A DNA stretch of 64,000 nucleotides from Lysobacteraceae bacterium (lineage in GTDB: Bacteria; Pseudomonadota; Gammaproteobacteria; Nevskiales; Nevskiaceae): contig PNMW01000055.1 of assembly GCA_013823855.1 (NCBI GenBank), forward strand, positions 234 to 64,233, written 5' to 3'. The notes below the pieces were generated by a model. That model was given only the letters and a program-made list of their open reading frames with translations, ran no database searches and was not told the origin of the DNA. Positions 48,726-58,659 of the stretch are shown in pieces (position 1 is the stretch's first letter; the number at the start of each line of letters is the position of its first letter). The position numbers and the translations under genes are program-made.

Positions 48726-49050
48726 GGTCTGGTGGGCGGACCTGCCCGAGCCGAGCGGTTCCGGGTCTGGCCTGCGCCGCCCGGTGCTGGTGGTGCAGGC
48801 CAATCCGTTCAATGACAGCCGGATCGCCACGGTGATCGTCGCGGTCATCACCTCGAATCTGGCGCTGGCAGCGGCACCTGGCAACGTCCGGATTGCCAAG
48901 GCGGAATCGGGCTTGCCGAAGCCTTCGGTGGTCAATGTGTCGCAGTTGTTGACCGTCGACAAGTCGTTGCTGGGCGCGCGCGTCAAGGCTCTGCCGACAG
49001 CGTCGATGCAGTCGGTGGAACTGGGCCTCAAGCTCGTGCTGAACCTCTAG
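48712..49050 (+). CDS. PemK/MazF-family endoribonuclease toxin
   Basis: MKRGEVWWADL...RRPVLVVQ...ITSN...SVVNVSQLLTVDK. Confidence 0.92.
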   Translation: MKRGEVWWADLPEPSGSGSGLRRPVLVVQANPFNDSRIATVIVAVITSNLALAAAPGNVRIAKAESGLPKPSVVNVSQLLTVDKSLLGARVKALPTASMQSVELGLKLVLNL

Positions 49051-49217
49051 TCCACCGCACCCATGAGATTCCACCCCTTGCTGGACGTGCGCCTTGGGCG
49101 CACTGCGGCGTCCGAAATGCTCGCAATAGAACCACTATTGCTGCGCCTTCTTCCTTGCATGGCATCCCCATGCGCGCGCCCGTCAGGGTGCGAACTCACT
49201 GGTGCGGTGGACTAGCC

Positions 49218-49853
49218 ATGCGCCTCGTCCTCGCCGATCCCCAGCCGCTGGTCCGCGCCGGCATTCGCCGCCTGTGCGAAGCGCTGGCCGGCGCCGAGGT
49301 GGTCGGCGAGACCGGCGACGGCCAGCAGCTGCTGGAACAGGTGGCCCGGCAGTCGCCGGACCTGGTGCTGCTGGAACTGCAGCTGCCGAGCCTGAACGGC
49401 ATCGACGCGATCCAGCAGATCCGCCGCCATTACCCGGCGACGGCGGCGATGGTGCTGTCGGCCCGCAGCGAAAGCTCGCAGGTGCGGGCAGCGCTGAAGG
49501 CTGGCGCGGTCGGCTACCTGTCGAAGCAGGGCGAAGCGGTGGAACTGGAACTGGCGCTGAAGGCAGCCGCGCGCCAGCAGATCTACCTGAGCCCGGGCAT
49601 CGCCCACAGCGTCGTCGGCCAGCGCAAGTCGGCGCGCGCCGAGGACAGCGTGACCCTGCCGCGCCGCCAGCAGCAGGTGCTGAGCCTGATCGCCCGCGGC
49701 AAGTCGACCAAGGAAATCGCCAACCTGATGGGCATCAGCGCCAAGACCGTCGAAACCCACCGGGCGCGGATGATGGACGCGCTCGGCCTGTACGGCACCA
49801 ATGCGCTGATGCGCTACGCGATCCGCACCGGTCTGGAAGGTGCCGAAGGCTGA
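49218..49853 (+). CDS. NarL/LuxR-family response regulator with atypical receiver
   Basis: REC + HTH (GKSTKEIA...TVETHR); phosphoacceptor position reads LLELQLP. Confidence 0.9.
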   Translation: MRLVLADPQPLVRAGIRRLCEALAGAEVVGETGDGQQLLEQVARQSPDLVLLELQLPSLNGIDAIQQIRRHYPATAAMVLSARSESSQVRAALKAGAVGYLSKQGEAVELELALKAAARQQIYLSPGIAHSVVGQRKSARAEDSVTLPRRQQQVLSLIARGKSTKEIANLMGISAKTVETHRARMMDALGLYGTNALMRYAIRTGLEGAEG

Positions 49854-49998
49854 AGCGGGGTCCTGTGGATCGTCTTGAAGGGCCCCAAAGGCAGCCGGCT
49901 TTTTCCGCGCCAACTTCGTTTCCCCGGCGAGCCCGGAACTTGCATTTCGACCGGCGATGGCAATTTCCGGACCAGTGGCGCGACCGCTGATCGGCTTT

Positions 49999-50045
49999 TG
50001 ACACTTGTCAGGATATTGCTGACAATACGTCAGGAAAAAACTGAT
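49999..50045 (+). promoter_or_regulatory. Tandem palindromic operator upstream of rpoN
   Basis: GTCAG-N7-CTGAC (50007-50023) and GTCAG-N7-CTGAT (50029-50045), 22-bp period. Confidence 0.55.
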
Positions 50046-50118
50046 TGGGAGAAGTTCCCGGCTGATCAAAGATGCTGCCACTGAACAACGCGCCACCGAG
50101 CGCACCAGGGGAGCAGAC

Positions 50119-51597
50119 ATGAAAGCCACGACGCGGATGGGGATCTCGCAGAACGTCGCACTGACGCCGCAACTCCTTCAATCCATTAGACTTCTTCAGC
50201 TCTCGGCAATCGAGCTGGAGCAGGAGGTGGAAACCGCGCTGGAAGGCAATGTCCTGCTCGAACGCGATGACAGCATCGCCCCGACCTCGGCCGGCGCCGA
50301 AGCGCCGACACCGGTCCTCGCCGATCCCGCTCCGCTGGCGGCCGACTCCACCGAAGCGCCGGTTTCCGGCTGCGATGAAGCCGCCATCGAACGCGTCGAC
50401 GCCGACTACGACTGGTCGAGCGCGGAATCCTGGTCCGGCGGCGAGCCGGGCGAGGAAGGCGAGCCGCTGGAAGCGCGCCGCGCCGCCGCGCCGATCGAGG
50501 ACGCCCGGGTCGCCGCACTCGAACAGCTGGAACTGATCATCAGCAGCCGTCGCGAGTGGCAGCTGGCGGTGGCGATCATCGAAGCGGTCGATGACAACGG
50601 CTACCTGGAAACCTCGCTGGAGGCGATCCTGGCCCAGCTGCCGGCCGAATGGCAGGTGTCGATGGCCGAACTGGAAGCCGCGCTGCGCAGCGTGCAGAGC
50701 GTCGAGCCGACCGGCTTCGCGGCCCGCAACCTCCGCGAATGCCTGCTGTTGCAGCTGGACGCCGTCAAGGCCGGCACGCCGGGCAAGAACCTCGCGGAAG
50801 CGCTGGTGATGGACCATCTCGACCGCGTCGCCGCCCGCGACTTCGTCAACCTGCGCAGCGAACTCGGCGCCACCGAGGCGCGGATGATCGCGGCGATGGA
50901 CCTGATCCGCACGCTGGACCCGAAGCCGGGTGCCTCGCGCATCGAGCCGGCTCAGGCGGTGGTGCCGGATCTGATCGTCAGCGGTGTCGCCGGTGCCTGG
51001 CGCGTCGAGCTGAACCCGGTCAACCTGCCGAAGCTGCGCATCAACGGGCAGTACGAGCGGCTGATGGCCGCCAACGCTGCCAGCCACAAAGGCCTGAAGG
51101 ACCAGCTGCAGCAGGCCCGCTGGCTGGTGCGCGGCCTGGAGATGCGCCACGAAACCCTGCTCAAGACCGCCCGCGTGGTGTTCGAGCGGCAGCGCGATTT
51201 CCTGCGCCGCGGCGAGGAAGGGATGATGCCGCTGACCTTGCGCGAAGTCGCCGATGCGATCGCGATGCACGAGTCGACGGTCTGCCGCGTCACCTCGAAC
51301 AAGTTTGTCGCCACGCCCTGGGGCGTGTACCCGATGAAGGCCTTCTTCCCGAGCCAGATCCAGGGCGCCGAAAGCGATACCTCGGGCATTGCGGTGCGGG
51401 CGATGATCCGCCGCATCGTCGATGGCGAGAAGGCTGCAGCGCCGCTATGCGACGGCGCGATCGCCGCTATTCTCGCGCGCAACGGGGTGCTGATCGCGCG
51501 CCGCACGATCGCCAAGTACCGCGAAGCCATGAAAATTGCACCGGCCAAGGAACGCAAGCTGAACGCGACGCGGGTTGCGGTCAGAATGGCCAGCTGA
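50119..51597 (+). CDS. rpoN: RNA polymerase sigma-54 (flagellar-cluster copy)
   Basis: LTPQLLQSIRLLQL, MHESTVCRV, RpoN box ARRTIAKYRE. Confidence 0.95.
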   Translation: MKATTRMGISQNVALTPQLLQSIRLLQLSAIELEQEVETALEGNVLLERDDSIAPTSAGAEAPTPVLADPAPLAADSTEAPVSGCDEAAIERVDADYDWSSAESWSGGEPGEEGEPLEARRAAAPIEDARVAALEQLELIISSRREWQLAVAIIEAVDDNGYLETSLEAILAQLPAEWQVSMAELEAALRSVQSVEPTGFAARNLRECLLLQLDAVKAGTPGKNLAEALVMDHLDRVAARDFVNLRSELGATEARMIAAMDLIRTLDPKPGASRIEPAQAVVPDLIVSGVAGAWRVELNPVNLPKLRINGQYERLMAANAASHKGLKDQLQQARWLVRGLEMRHETLLKTARVVFERQRDFLRRGEEGMMPLTLREVADAIAMHESTVCRVTSNKFVATPWGVYPMKAFFPSQIQGAESDTSGIAVRAMIRRIVDGEKAAAPLCDGAIAAILARNGVLIARRTIAKYREAMKIAPAKERKLNATRVAVRMAS

Positions 51598-51657
51598 ATC
51601 AACGGCCGCGACAAGGCTCTAGCTGACCGCGCAAGCGGATCGGGGACATCACTGAAA

Positions 51658-52062
51658 ATGAATACGGTGCGAACGCTGCTGGTCGATGACAACGAGGCCT
51701 TCCTGGTGCTGGCCCGCCACCTGCTGGCGTCGGTCCCGGAGATCAGCGTCGTCGGTCTGGGTCACGACGGCTACGACGCGGTCCGGCTCGCCGAGGAACT
51801 GCGCCCCGACCTGATCCTGATGGATCTGTCGATGCCCGGCATGGGCGGCCTGCAGGCGACCCGGCTGATCAAGGCCCAGGACGCGCCGCCACGGATCCTG
51901 ATCGCCAGTCACTACGACGACGCCGAGCATCGCGAGCACACCGCGCAGGCCGGCGCCGACGGCTTCATCTCCAAGCACGATTACGAGCACCGGATCGCCG
52001 AGTACGTGCGCGCCAACATGTCGCGCGGCGGCTCCGACGCGGAGGTCGCCACGCATGGCTGA
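51658..52062 (+). CDS. Single-domain response regulator (VemR-like by position)
   Basis: [17 protein letters not shown]; between rpoN and fleQ. Confidence 0.85.
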   Translation: MNTVRTLLVDDNEAFLVLARHLLASVPEISVVGLGHDGYDAVRLAEELRPDLILMDLSMPGMGGLQATRLIKAQDAPPRILIASHYDDAEHREHTAQAGADGFISKHDYEHRIAEYVRANMSRGGSDAEVATHG

Positions 52063-53638
52063 ATCCCGCGTGCTGGTGATCGACGGCGACGAGCAGAGCG
52101 CGGCTTCGCTGGCTTCGATCCTCCAGTTCATCGATTTCATCCCGGTCTGCATGCCATCGGCAGCGGCACTCAAGCTGGCCGAGCGCAAGCCGCAGGAATG
52201 GCTGGCGGTGATCATCGGCCAGGAGCCGGACGCCGGCGCGCTGGCGCGTTTCGTCGAATGGCTGAAGCGCGATCGCCATCATCCGCCGCTGCTGGTCTCG
52301 CCGAGCCGCCAGGAAGCGCTGTGCGAGCAGTTCGGCCTCGATCGCAGCGCCTGCTTCGCGCTCGAACAGCCGGTGCGCTACGCCCAGCTGAACGATCTGC
52401 TGCGCCGTGCCGGCCTGGTCCGCATGGATCAGGAAGCAGCGGCGACCCGGCTGATCGGCCCGACCGGCAACTCCGCGCCGATCCGGAAAGTCCGGCGGAT
52501 GATCGAGCAGGTCGCCGGCCACGACACCACCGTGCTGGTCACCGGCGAGTCCGGCACCGGCAAGGAAGTGGTTGCCCGCGCCGTGCATGAACAATCCAAT
52601 CGTCGCGACAAGCCGTTCGTCGCGGTGAACTGCGGCGCCATTCCCAGCGAGCTGCTGGAATCCGAGCTGTTCGGCCACGAGAAAGGCGCCTTCACCGGCG
52701 CGATCACCTCGCGCAAGGGCCGTTTCGAGATGGCCGATGGCGGCACGCTGTTTCTCGACGAGATCGGCGACATGACCTTGCCGATGCAGGTCAAGATCCT
52801 GCGCGTGCTGCAGGAGCGCACCTACGAGCGGGTCGGCTCGAACCGCTCGATGCGCTGCGAGGTGCGGATCATCGCCGCCACCCATCGCAACCTCGAGGAG
52901 AACATCGTCAAGGGCACGTTCCGCGAGGATCTGTTCTATCGCCTCAACGTGTTCCCGATCGAGATGCCGGCGCTGCGCGAACGGCTCGAAGACCTGCCGC
53001 TGCTGATCGACGACCTGATCGACGCGATGCGCCGCAACGGCCATGGCTCGGTGCGGCTGTCGCCGGATGCTGTCCATGCGCTGCGCGCCTACCACTGGCC
53101 CGGCAATGTCCGCGAGCTGTCGAACCTGATCGAGCGCCTGGCCGTGCTGCATCCGCATGCCGTGGTCGGCGTCGCCGAGCTGCCGGCCCGCTACCGCCAG
53201 AACATCCCGATTCCCGCGCCGGCGCCGCAGCCGATGTCGGTGCCGGCGGTGGCCGAGGAAGACCTCGAACCGATCGCCGTCAACGGCCGGCCGAGCGGCA
53301 GCGCTGCCGGTCCGGGCGCGCTGTCGGCATCGCCCTCCGCGTCGCTGGGTTCGGCGGGCGGCTTCACCGCGCTGTCCAGCCTGCCGCCGCTGGCGTCGGC
53401 ATCCACCGCCTACTTTCCGGCCAGTGCCGCCCAGCTGCCGCCGGACGGCGTGAACCTAAAGGATCACATCGAGACCATCGAACTGGCGCTGATCAAGCAG
53501 GCGCTGGCGCAGTCTTCCGGCGTGGTCGCTCACGCCGCCAAGCTGCTCAATACCCGGCGCACGACCCTGGTCGAGAAGCTGCGCAAGTACGGCCTGCAGC
53601 GCGACGACGGCAGCGATCCGGAGTCGGCCTTGCTGTGA
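52055..53638 (+). CDS. fleQ: Sigma-54 enhancer-binding flagellar regulator
   Basis: [34 protein letters not shown]. Confidence 0.9.
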   Translation: MAESRVLVIDGDEQSAASLASILQFIDFIPVCMPSAAALKLAERKPQEWLAVIIGQEPDAGALARFVEWLKRDRHHPPLLVSPSRQEALCEQFGLDRSACFALEQPVRYAQLNDLLRRAGLVRMDQEAAATRLIGPTGNSAPIRKVRRMIEQVAGHDTTVLVTGESGTGKEVVARAVHEQSNRRDKPFVAVNCGAIPSELLESELFGHEKGAFTGAITSRKGRFEMADGGTLFLDEIGDMTLPMQVKILRVLQERTYERVGSNRSMRCEVRIIAATHRNLEENIVKGTFREDLFYRLNVFPIEMPALRERLEDLPLLIDDLIDAMRRNGHGSVRLSPDAVHALRAYHWPGNVRELSNLIERLAVLHPHAVVGVAELPARYRQNIPIPAPAPQPMSVPAVAEEDLEPIAVNGRPSGSAAGPGALSASPSASLGSAGGFTALSSLPPLASASTAYFPASAAQLPPDGVNLKDHIETIELALIKQALAQSSGVVAHAAKLLNTRRTTLVEKLRKYGLQRDDGSDPESALL

Positions 53639-53659
53639 GGCCGACCGATCGCGCGGGGC

Positions 53660-54670
53660 TCAGCTGCGCGAGCCCTGCTGCTCCCGGTAGATCAGGGCAT
53701 CGGCCTCGGCGAGCAGTTCGTCGAGCGATTCCCGGCCATCGGGCGGACAGGGCCGCAGGCCGACGCTGAGCCCGAGCTGCGCTTCGAGGATCGGGTTGGC
53801 CGACAGTTCGGCGACCGCCGCCGCCAGCCGCTGGCGGATCGTCTCGACGTGGCCACCGGTATCGGGCGCGAACACCGCGAACGCGTCGTCGCCGATGCGG
53901 GCGACGATGTCCGTGGTCCGGAACACCTTGCGCAGCAGCATGCCGGCCAGCGCCACGATCGCATCACCGGCGGCGAGGCCGAGACGCTCATTGACGCCCT
54001 GCAAGCCGTCGAGCTCGACGAATGCGAGCACGCAGGACGCACCGCGCCGCCGCGCCCTGCTCAGTTCCGGCGCCGCCTGCAGATGAAAGCCGCGCCGGTT
54101 CAGCAGGCCGGTCAGCGGATCGCTGATCGACTGGCGGCGGATGTCCTCGTGCTGGCGCGCACGTTCGGTGTCGTCGTAGGCGATGCTGCCGATGTAGCGG
54201 TTGCCGAGGCTGTCGTGGAACGGGAAGCGGGTGACCTGCCAGGTGCGGGTTTCGCCGCCGGCGTCCTGGACGATCTCGATGCCGTGCTGCGGCGCATGGC
54301 CGCCGAGGATGTCCAGATCCAGCGCCCGCATGCGGCTTGCATCGGCCGCGCCGAACAGCTCGAAATCGGTCTTGTCGAGGGTGTCGACCTCGTGCAGCCC
54401 GAAGCGCTCGAACCAGTTGCGATTGGCCCAGACCAGGCGGCCGCGTTCGTCCTTCAGCCAGGCGATCGTGTCGCTGCGATCCATGAACGCGCGCAGCAGC
54501 AGGCTGTCGCGGCGGAACAGTTCGGATTCGGCGATGCGCTGCTCGGCGGCCGACAGTTCCAGGCGCAGCCGCGCCAGCTCGGCTTCCAGCGTCGTGACGT
54601 GGCGGGCGATGTCGCCGGTCAGCGGCAGCCCGGTCATCTCGGTGTCGTGGTCGGGGGTGGGGCGGGTCAT
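53660..54670 (-). CDS. PAS + degenerate GGDEF-domain protein
   Basis: PAS with KTDFELF; DPLTGLLNRRG; RTTD-IVARI-GDDAF; start uncertain. Confidence 0.85.
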   Translation of the reverse strand: MTRPTPDHDTEMTGLPLTGDIARHVTTLEAELARLRLELSAAEQRIAESELFRRDSLLLRAFMDRSDTIAWLKDERGRLVWANRNWFERFGLHEVDTLDKTDFELFGAADASRMRALDLDILGGHAPQHGIEIVQDAGGETRTWQVTRFPFHDSLGNRYIGSIAYDDTERARQHEDIRRQSISDPLTGLLNRRGFHLQAAPELSRARRRGASCVLAFVELDGLQGVNERLGLAAGDAIVALAGMLLRKVFRTTDIVARIGDDAFAVFAPDTGGHVETIRQRLAAAVAELSANPILEAQLGLSVGLRPCPPDGRESLDELLAEADALIYREQQGSRS

Positions 54671-54879
54671 GGGCAAGGTCGTCGTGTCCGCAGTCGCAGA
54701 AGGGGAATGCCGGCCAGTCTGCGCGAGCCGATTCATGGGCCGATATCGACAAGACGCCCTTCTCGACCGGCGGTGGCGATTCCCTGAAGCGCGGCGCGGC
54801 ACGCGCGCCAGTGACGTAATTCCGTCGCGAAAGCCGTGTGGAAATGCTTGCCTGCAAGGCTTTTCCGCGGTGTCGGGCG

Positions 54880-54894
54880 TGGAACAGGACTTGC
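54880..54894 (+). promoter_or_regulatory. Sigma-54 -24/-12 promoter of fliE operon
   Basis: TGGAAC-AGGAC-TTGC (GG-N10-GC). Confidence 0.7.
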
Positions 54895-54926
54895 TCCCCC
54901 GCCTCCCGAACCCTTCGGATCCGGCC

Positions 54927-55265
54927 ATGAACTCCATCGACGTCAACCGCGTGCTGTCGCAGATCCGCACGCTGCAGAGCCAGGCCGGCGGCCGTCCCGC
55001 CGGCCCATCCGGCGTCAGCGCGCCGACCGAAGCGACGCCGTCGAACGGCTTCGGCGCGCTGCTGAAGAACTCGATCGATTCGGTGGCCAAGGCGCAGAAC
55101 AGCGCCGGCGATCTGCAGAAGAAATTCGAGTTGGGCGATCCGGACGCCGACCTGGCCAGCGTGATGCTCGCGACCTCGAAGTCGCAGGTGTCGTTCAAGG
55201 CGATGGTCGAAGTCCGCAACCGGATGGTGTCCGCGTACCAGGACATCATGAACATGCCGCTGTGA
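54927..55265 (+). CDS. fliE: Flagellar hook-basal body protein
   Basis: VEVRNRMVSAYQDIMNM. Confidence 0.95.
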   Translation: MNSIDVNRVLSQIRTLQSQAGGRPAGPSGVSAPTEATPSNGFGALLKNSIDSVAKAQNSAGDLQKKFELGDPDADLASVMLATSKSQVSFKAMVEVRNRMVSAYQDIMNMPL

Positions 55266-55285
55266 TCCGCGGAACCTGAACGACC

Positions 55286-56983
55286 ATGGCTGACATCGCA
55301 GTGCCGGCGGGATTCGGTTCCCGCAAGCTCCAGGACCTTCCGGGTGTCCGCCAGCTCATCGCCATCGCCGGGGTGGCGCTGGCGATCGCCGCCGGCATCA
55401 CGCTGTTCTTCTGGGCCCAGAAGCCGAACCTGGCGCCGCTCTATCCGAACCTCGGCGAGAAGGATTCCGCCGAAGTCGCCGACGCGCTGCGCGCCGCCGG
55501 CATCGAGTACAAGCTCGATGGCGCCACCGGCATGGTCGCGGTAGCAGCCGACAAGGTTCACGAGGCGCGGCTCCGGCTGGCATCGCAGGGCCTGCCGAAG
55601 GGCTCGTCGCTGGGCATGGAGATGATCCGCGAGGAACAGGGCTTCGGCACCAGCCAGTTCATCGAGACGGCGCGCTATCAGTTGGCACTGGAAACCGAGC
55701 TGTCGCGGACCATCGGCAGCCTGATGGCGGTCAAGGGCGCGCGCGTGCATCTGGCGCTGCCGAAGCCCTCGGCGTTCGCCCGCTCGCGCGAGCAGGCCAG
55801 CGCCTCGGTGATGCTCGAACTGCATCCGGGCCGCCAGCTCGAAGCCGGGCAGGTGGCGTCGATCGTCCACATGGTCGCTTCCAGCGTGCCGAACCTGCTG
55901 CCATCGGCGGTCACCGTGATCGACCAGTACGGTCATCTGCTGACCCGGGACGGCGCCGACAGCGATGCCGATGCCTCGGCCGAGCAGTTCGCGTTCGCGC
56001 GCCGGGTCGAGGCCGACTACGTACGCCGCATCGAACAGCTGCTGGCGCCGATGATGGGCGCCGGCCGGGTCAGCGCCCAGGTCGCCGCCGATCTCGATTT
56101 CAGCGTCACCGAAGAGGCCCGCGAGGCCTACAACCCGAATCCGCAGGCGATCCGCAGCGAGCAGACCAGCGAGGAAGCCAACCGCAACGGCGGTGGCGCG
56201 CCGGCCCAGGGCATCCCCGGCGCGACCAGCAACCAGCCGCCGAGCCCGGCGCAGGCGGTGCCGCTGAATACCGTCAACGGTGCGCCGGTGGCCGGCGGCA
56301 CGGCCGCCGCCGCCGCGACCACAGCGCCGACCAGCGAATCGCGCAGCGCCACCCGCAACTTCGAGCTGGACAAGACCGTCAGCCACACCCGGCGCTCGCC
56401 GGGCAGCGTCCGCCGCCTGTCGATCGCGGTGCTGGTCGACAACCTGCCGAAGACCAACGACAAGGGCGTGCCGGTGCCGACGCCGCTGAACGCCGACGAA
56501 CTGGCCAAGGTCCAGGCGCTGGTCCGCGAAGCGGTGGGCTTCGACGACAAGCGCGGCGATACCGTCACCGTGCAGAACGCGCCGTTCATGCCGGCCGAGG
56601 CCCATGCCGAGATCGCGCCGCTGCCGATCTGGCGGCAGCCGGAAATGCGCGACTACGCACGCCAGGGCCTTGGCGCGCTGGTGGTGCTGCTGATCGCGCT
56701 GCTGGTGGTGCGGCCGATGCTGAGGAGCCTGATGTCGCCGGCGCCACCGCAGACCATCGACGCAGTGCTCGAAACCATGGCCGAGCGCCGCGCCGCCGCG
56801 GCCGCCGGCGGCAACGAACTGGCGGGCGAGGTCGCCGAAGACCGCTTGAGCCTGGGCACAAGTCCTGCACCCGAGGTGCCGAAGGTCTACGAGCAGAAGC
56901 TCGAAGTGGCTCGCGCCGCCGTCGCCCAGGACCCCAAGCGCGTCGCCCAGCTGGTCAAGAACTGGATCGGGAGTGAAGGATGA
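55286..56983 (+). CDS. fliF: Flagellar MS-ring protein
   Basis: LETELSRTI, ARVHLALP, RSATRNFELD, GFDDKRGD. Confidence 0.95.
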   Translation: MADIAVPAGFGSRKLQDLPGVRQLIAIAGVALAIAAGITLFFWAQKPNLAPLYPNLGEKDSAEVADALRAAGIEYKLDGATGMVAVAADKVHEARLRLASQGLPKGSSLGMEMIREEQGFGTSQFIETARYQLALETELSRTIGSLMAVKGARVHLALPKPSAFARSREQASASVMLELHPGRQLEAGQVASIVHMVASSVPNLLPSAVTVIDQYGHLLTRDGADSDADASAEQFAFARRVEADYVRRIEQLLAPMMGAGRVSAQVAADLDFSVTEEAREAYNPNPQAIRSEQTSEEANRNGGGAPAQGIPGATSNQPPSPAQAVPLNTVNGAPVAGGTAAAAATTAPTSESRSATRNFELDKTVSHTRRSPGSVRRLSIAVLVDNLPKTNDKGVPVPTPLNADELAKVQALVREAVGFDDKRGDTVTVQNAPFMPAEAHAEIAPLPIWRQPEMRDYARQGLGALVVLLIALLVVRPMLRSLMSPAPPQTIDAVLETMAERRAAAAAGGNELAGEVAEDRLSLGTSPAPEVPKVYEQKLEVARAAVAQDPKRVAQLVKNWIGSEG

Positions 56984-57990
56984 GTGCCGTCGCCAAGAAC
57001 GAGATTCCGGGGCCGGAGCGGGCCGCGATCCTGCTGATGTCGCTCGGCGAGGCCGAGGCCGCCGAAGTGCTCAAGCACATGGGTGCGAAGGACGTGCAGA
57101 AGGTCGGTCAGGCGATGGCCACCCTGACCAACGTGTCGCGCGAGCGCGCCACCGACGTGCTGGAAAGCTTCTGCACCGAACTCGATTCCCAGACCAGCCT
57201 CGGCGTCGGCGCCGACGATTACGTGCGCCGGGTGCTGGTCGGCGCGCTCGGCGAGGACAAGGCCAATGGCCTGATCGACCGCATCCTGCTGGGCCGCAAT
57301 TCCAAGGGCCTCGAAGCGCTGAAGTGGATGGAAACCCGCGCCGTCGCCGATCTGGTGCGCAACGAGCATCCGCAGATCGTCGCCATCGTGCTCGCCTATC
57401 TCGACCCCGATCAGGCGGCCGAAGTGGTGCTGCTGCTGCCCGAGCGGATGCGCACCGACGTGCTGATGCGCATCGCCAAGCTCGACGGCATCCAGCCGGC
57501 GGCGCTCAAGGAACTCGACGAGATCATGGAGCGCCAGTTCTCCGGCGGCTCGAACCTGAAGTCGTCGAGCGTCGGCGGCGTCAAGGTCGCGGCCAGCATC
57601 CTCAACCTGATGGATTCGGCGTCGGAATCGGCGATCACCTCCAGCATCGCCGCCGCCGACGAAGACCTCGGCCAGCGCATCCAGGACCTGATGTTCGTGT
57701 TCGACAATCTCGCCGACGTCGACGATCGCGGCATCCAGACCCTGCTGCGCGAGATCCAGACCGATCAGCTCGGCCTGGCGTTGAAGGGTGCCGATCCGAA
57801 GATCCGCGACAAGTTCCTGAAGAACATGTCCAAGCGCGCCGCCGACATGATGGTCGAGGACATGGAGGCCAAGGGCCCGGTCCGCCTGGCCGATGTCGAA
57901 GCCGCACAGAAGGAAATTCTCGCCGTCGCCCGCCGGCTCGGCGAATCCGGCGAGATCATGCTCGGCGGCAAGGGAGAATCCTTTGTCTGA
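56980..57990 (+). CDS. fliG: Flagellar motor switch protein
   Basis: AAILLMSLGE, EHPQ, MFVFDNL, NMSKRAA. Confidence 0.96.
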   Translation: MSAVAKNEIPGPERAAILLMSLGEAEAAEVLKHMGAKDVQKVGQAMATLTNVSRERATDVLESFCTELDSQTSLGVGADDYVRRVLVGALGEDKANGLIDRILLGRNSKGLEALKWMETRAVADLVRNEHPQIVAIVLAYLDPDQAAEVVLLLPERMRTDVLMRIAKLDGIQPAALKELDEIMERQFSGGSNLKSSSVGGVKVAASILNLMDSASESAITSSIAAADEDLGQRIQDLMFVFDNLADVDDRGIQTLLREIQTDQLGLALKGADPKIRDKFLKNMSKRAADMMVEDMEAKGPVRLADVEAAQKEILAVARRLGESGEIMLGGKGESFV

Positions 57991-58023
57991 GGCCCGCCCG
58001 CGTCCTGCGTCCGGAGATCGCTG

Positions 58024-58659
58024 ATGGCCGAAGCCGCCGCCTACTGGAGTGCCGAAAGCATCGGCCAGGTGCAGCGCTGGGATCTGCCGGATTTCTCGCC
58101 GCCACCGCCGGCGGCGGAACCGGTGCTGCCGCCGCACACCGCCGAGCACTTCGATGAACTCGAACGCACCGCCTACGAGGACGGCTATGCCCGCGGCCAC
58201 GCCGATGGCCATGCCCAGGGCTATGCCGACGGCGCCGCCAGGGTCCGCGAACAGGCGGCGGCACTGCGCACGCTCTTCGAACATGCCGGCGCACCGTTGA
58301 AGGCGCTCGATGCCGACGTCGAACGGGCGCTGGTGGCCCTGGCGCTGGAAGTCGGCCGCCGGCTGGCGCAGGCGACCCTGCTGCAGTCGCCGGACGCGGT
58401 CGCCGGCGTGATCCGGGAATCGCTGGCTGCGCTGGCCCAGCCGGCGCGCGATGCCCGCATCCACCTGCATCCGGCCGATGTCGAGCTGGTCAGGGAAACG
58501 CTGACCCTTCCTGACGACTACGCCGGCTGGCGGCTGGTGCCGGACAAGGAGCTGATGCGCGGTGATGTGCTGATCGCAACCGATTCCGCCCGCGTCGATG
58601 CCCGCCTCGACAGCCGCGAAGCGGCGGTCGCCCAGGCGCTGCTGGGAGACCGCAGGTGA
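58024..58659 (+). CDS. fliH: Flagellar assembly protein
   Basis: GxxxG repeats, LHPADV; synteny. Confidence 0.88.
   Translation: MAEAAAYWSAESIGQVQRWDLPDFSPPPPAAEPVLPPHTAEHFDELERTAYEDGYARGHADGHAQGYADGAARVREQAAALRTLFEHAGAPLKALDADVERALVALALEVGRRLAQATLLQSPDAVAGVIRESLAALAQPARDARIHLHPADVELVRETLTLPDDYAGWRLVPDKELMRGDVLIATDSARVDARLDSREAAVAQALLGDRR

Noticed and set aside
53660-56605. 981-aa ORF suggesting a giant GGDEF protein
   Set aside because: The upstream two-thirds is antisense to fliE/fliF; only ~54670 downward is a plausible gene
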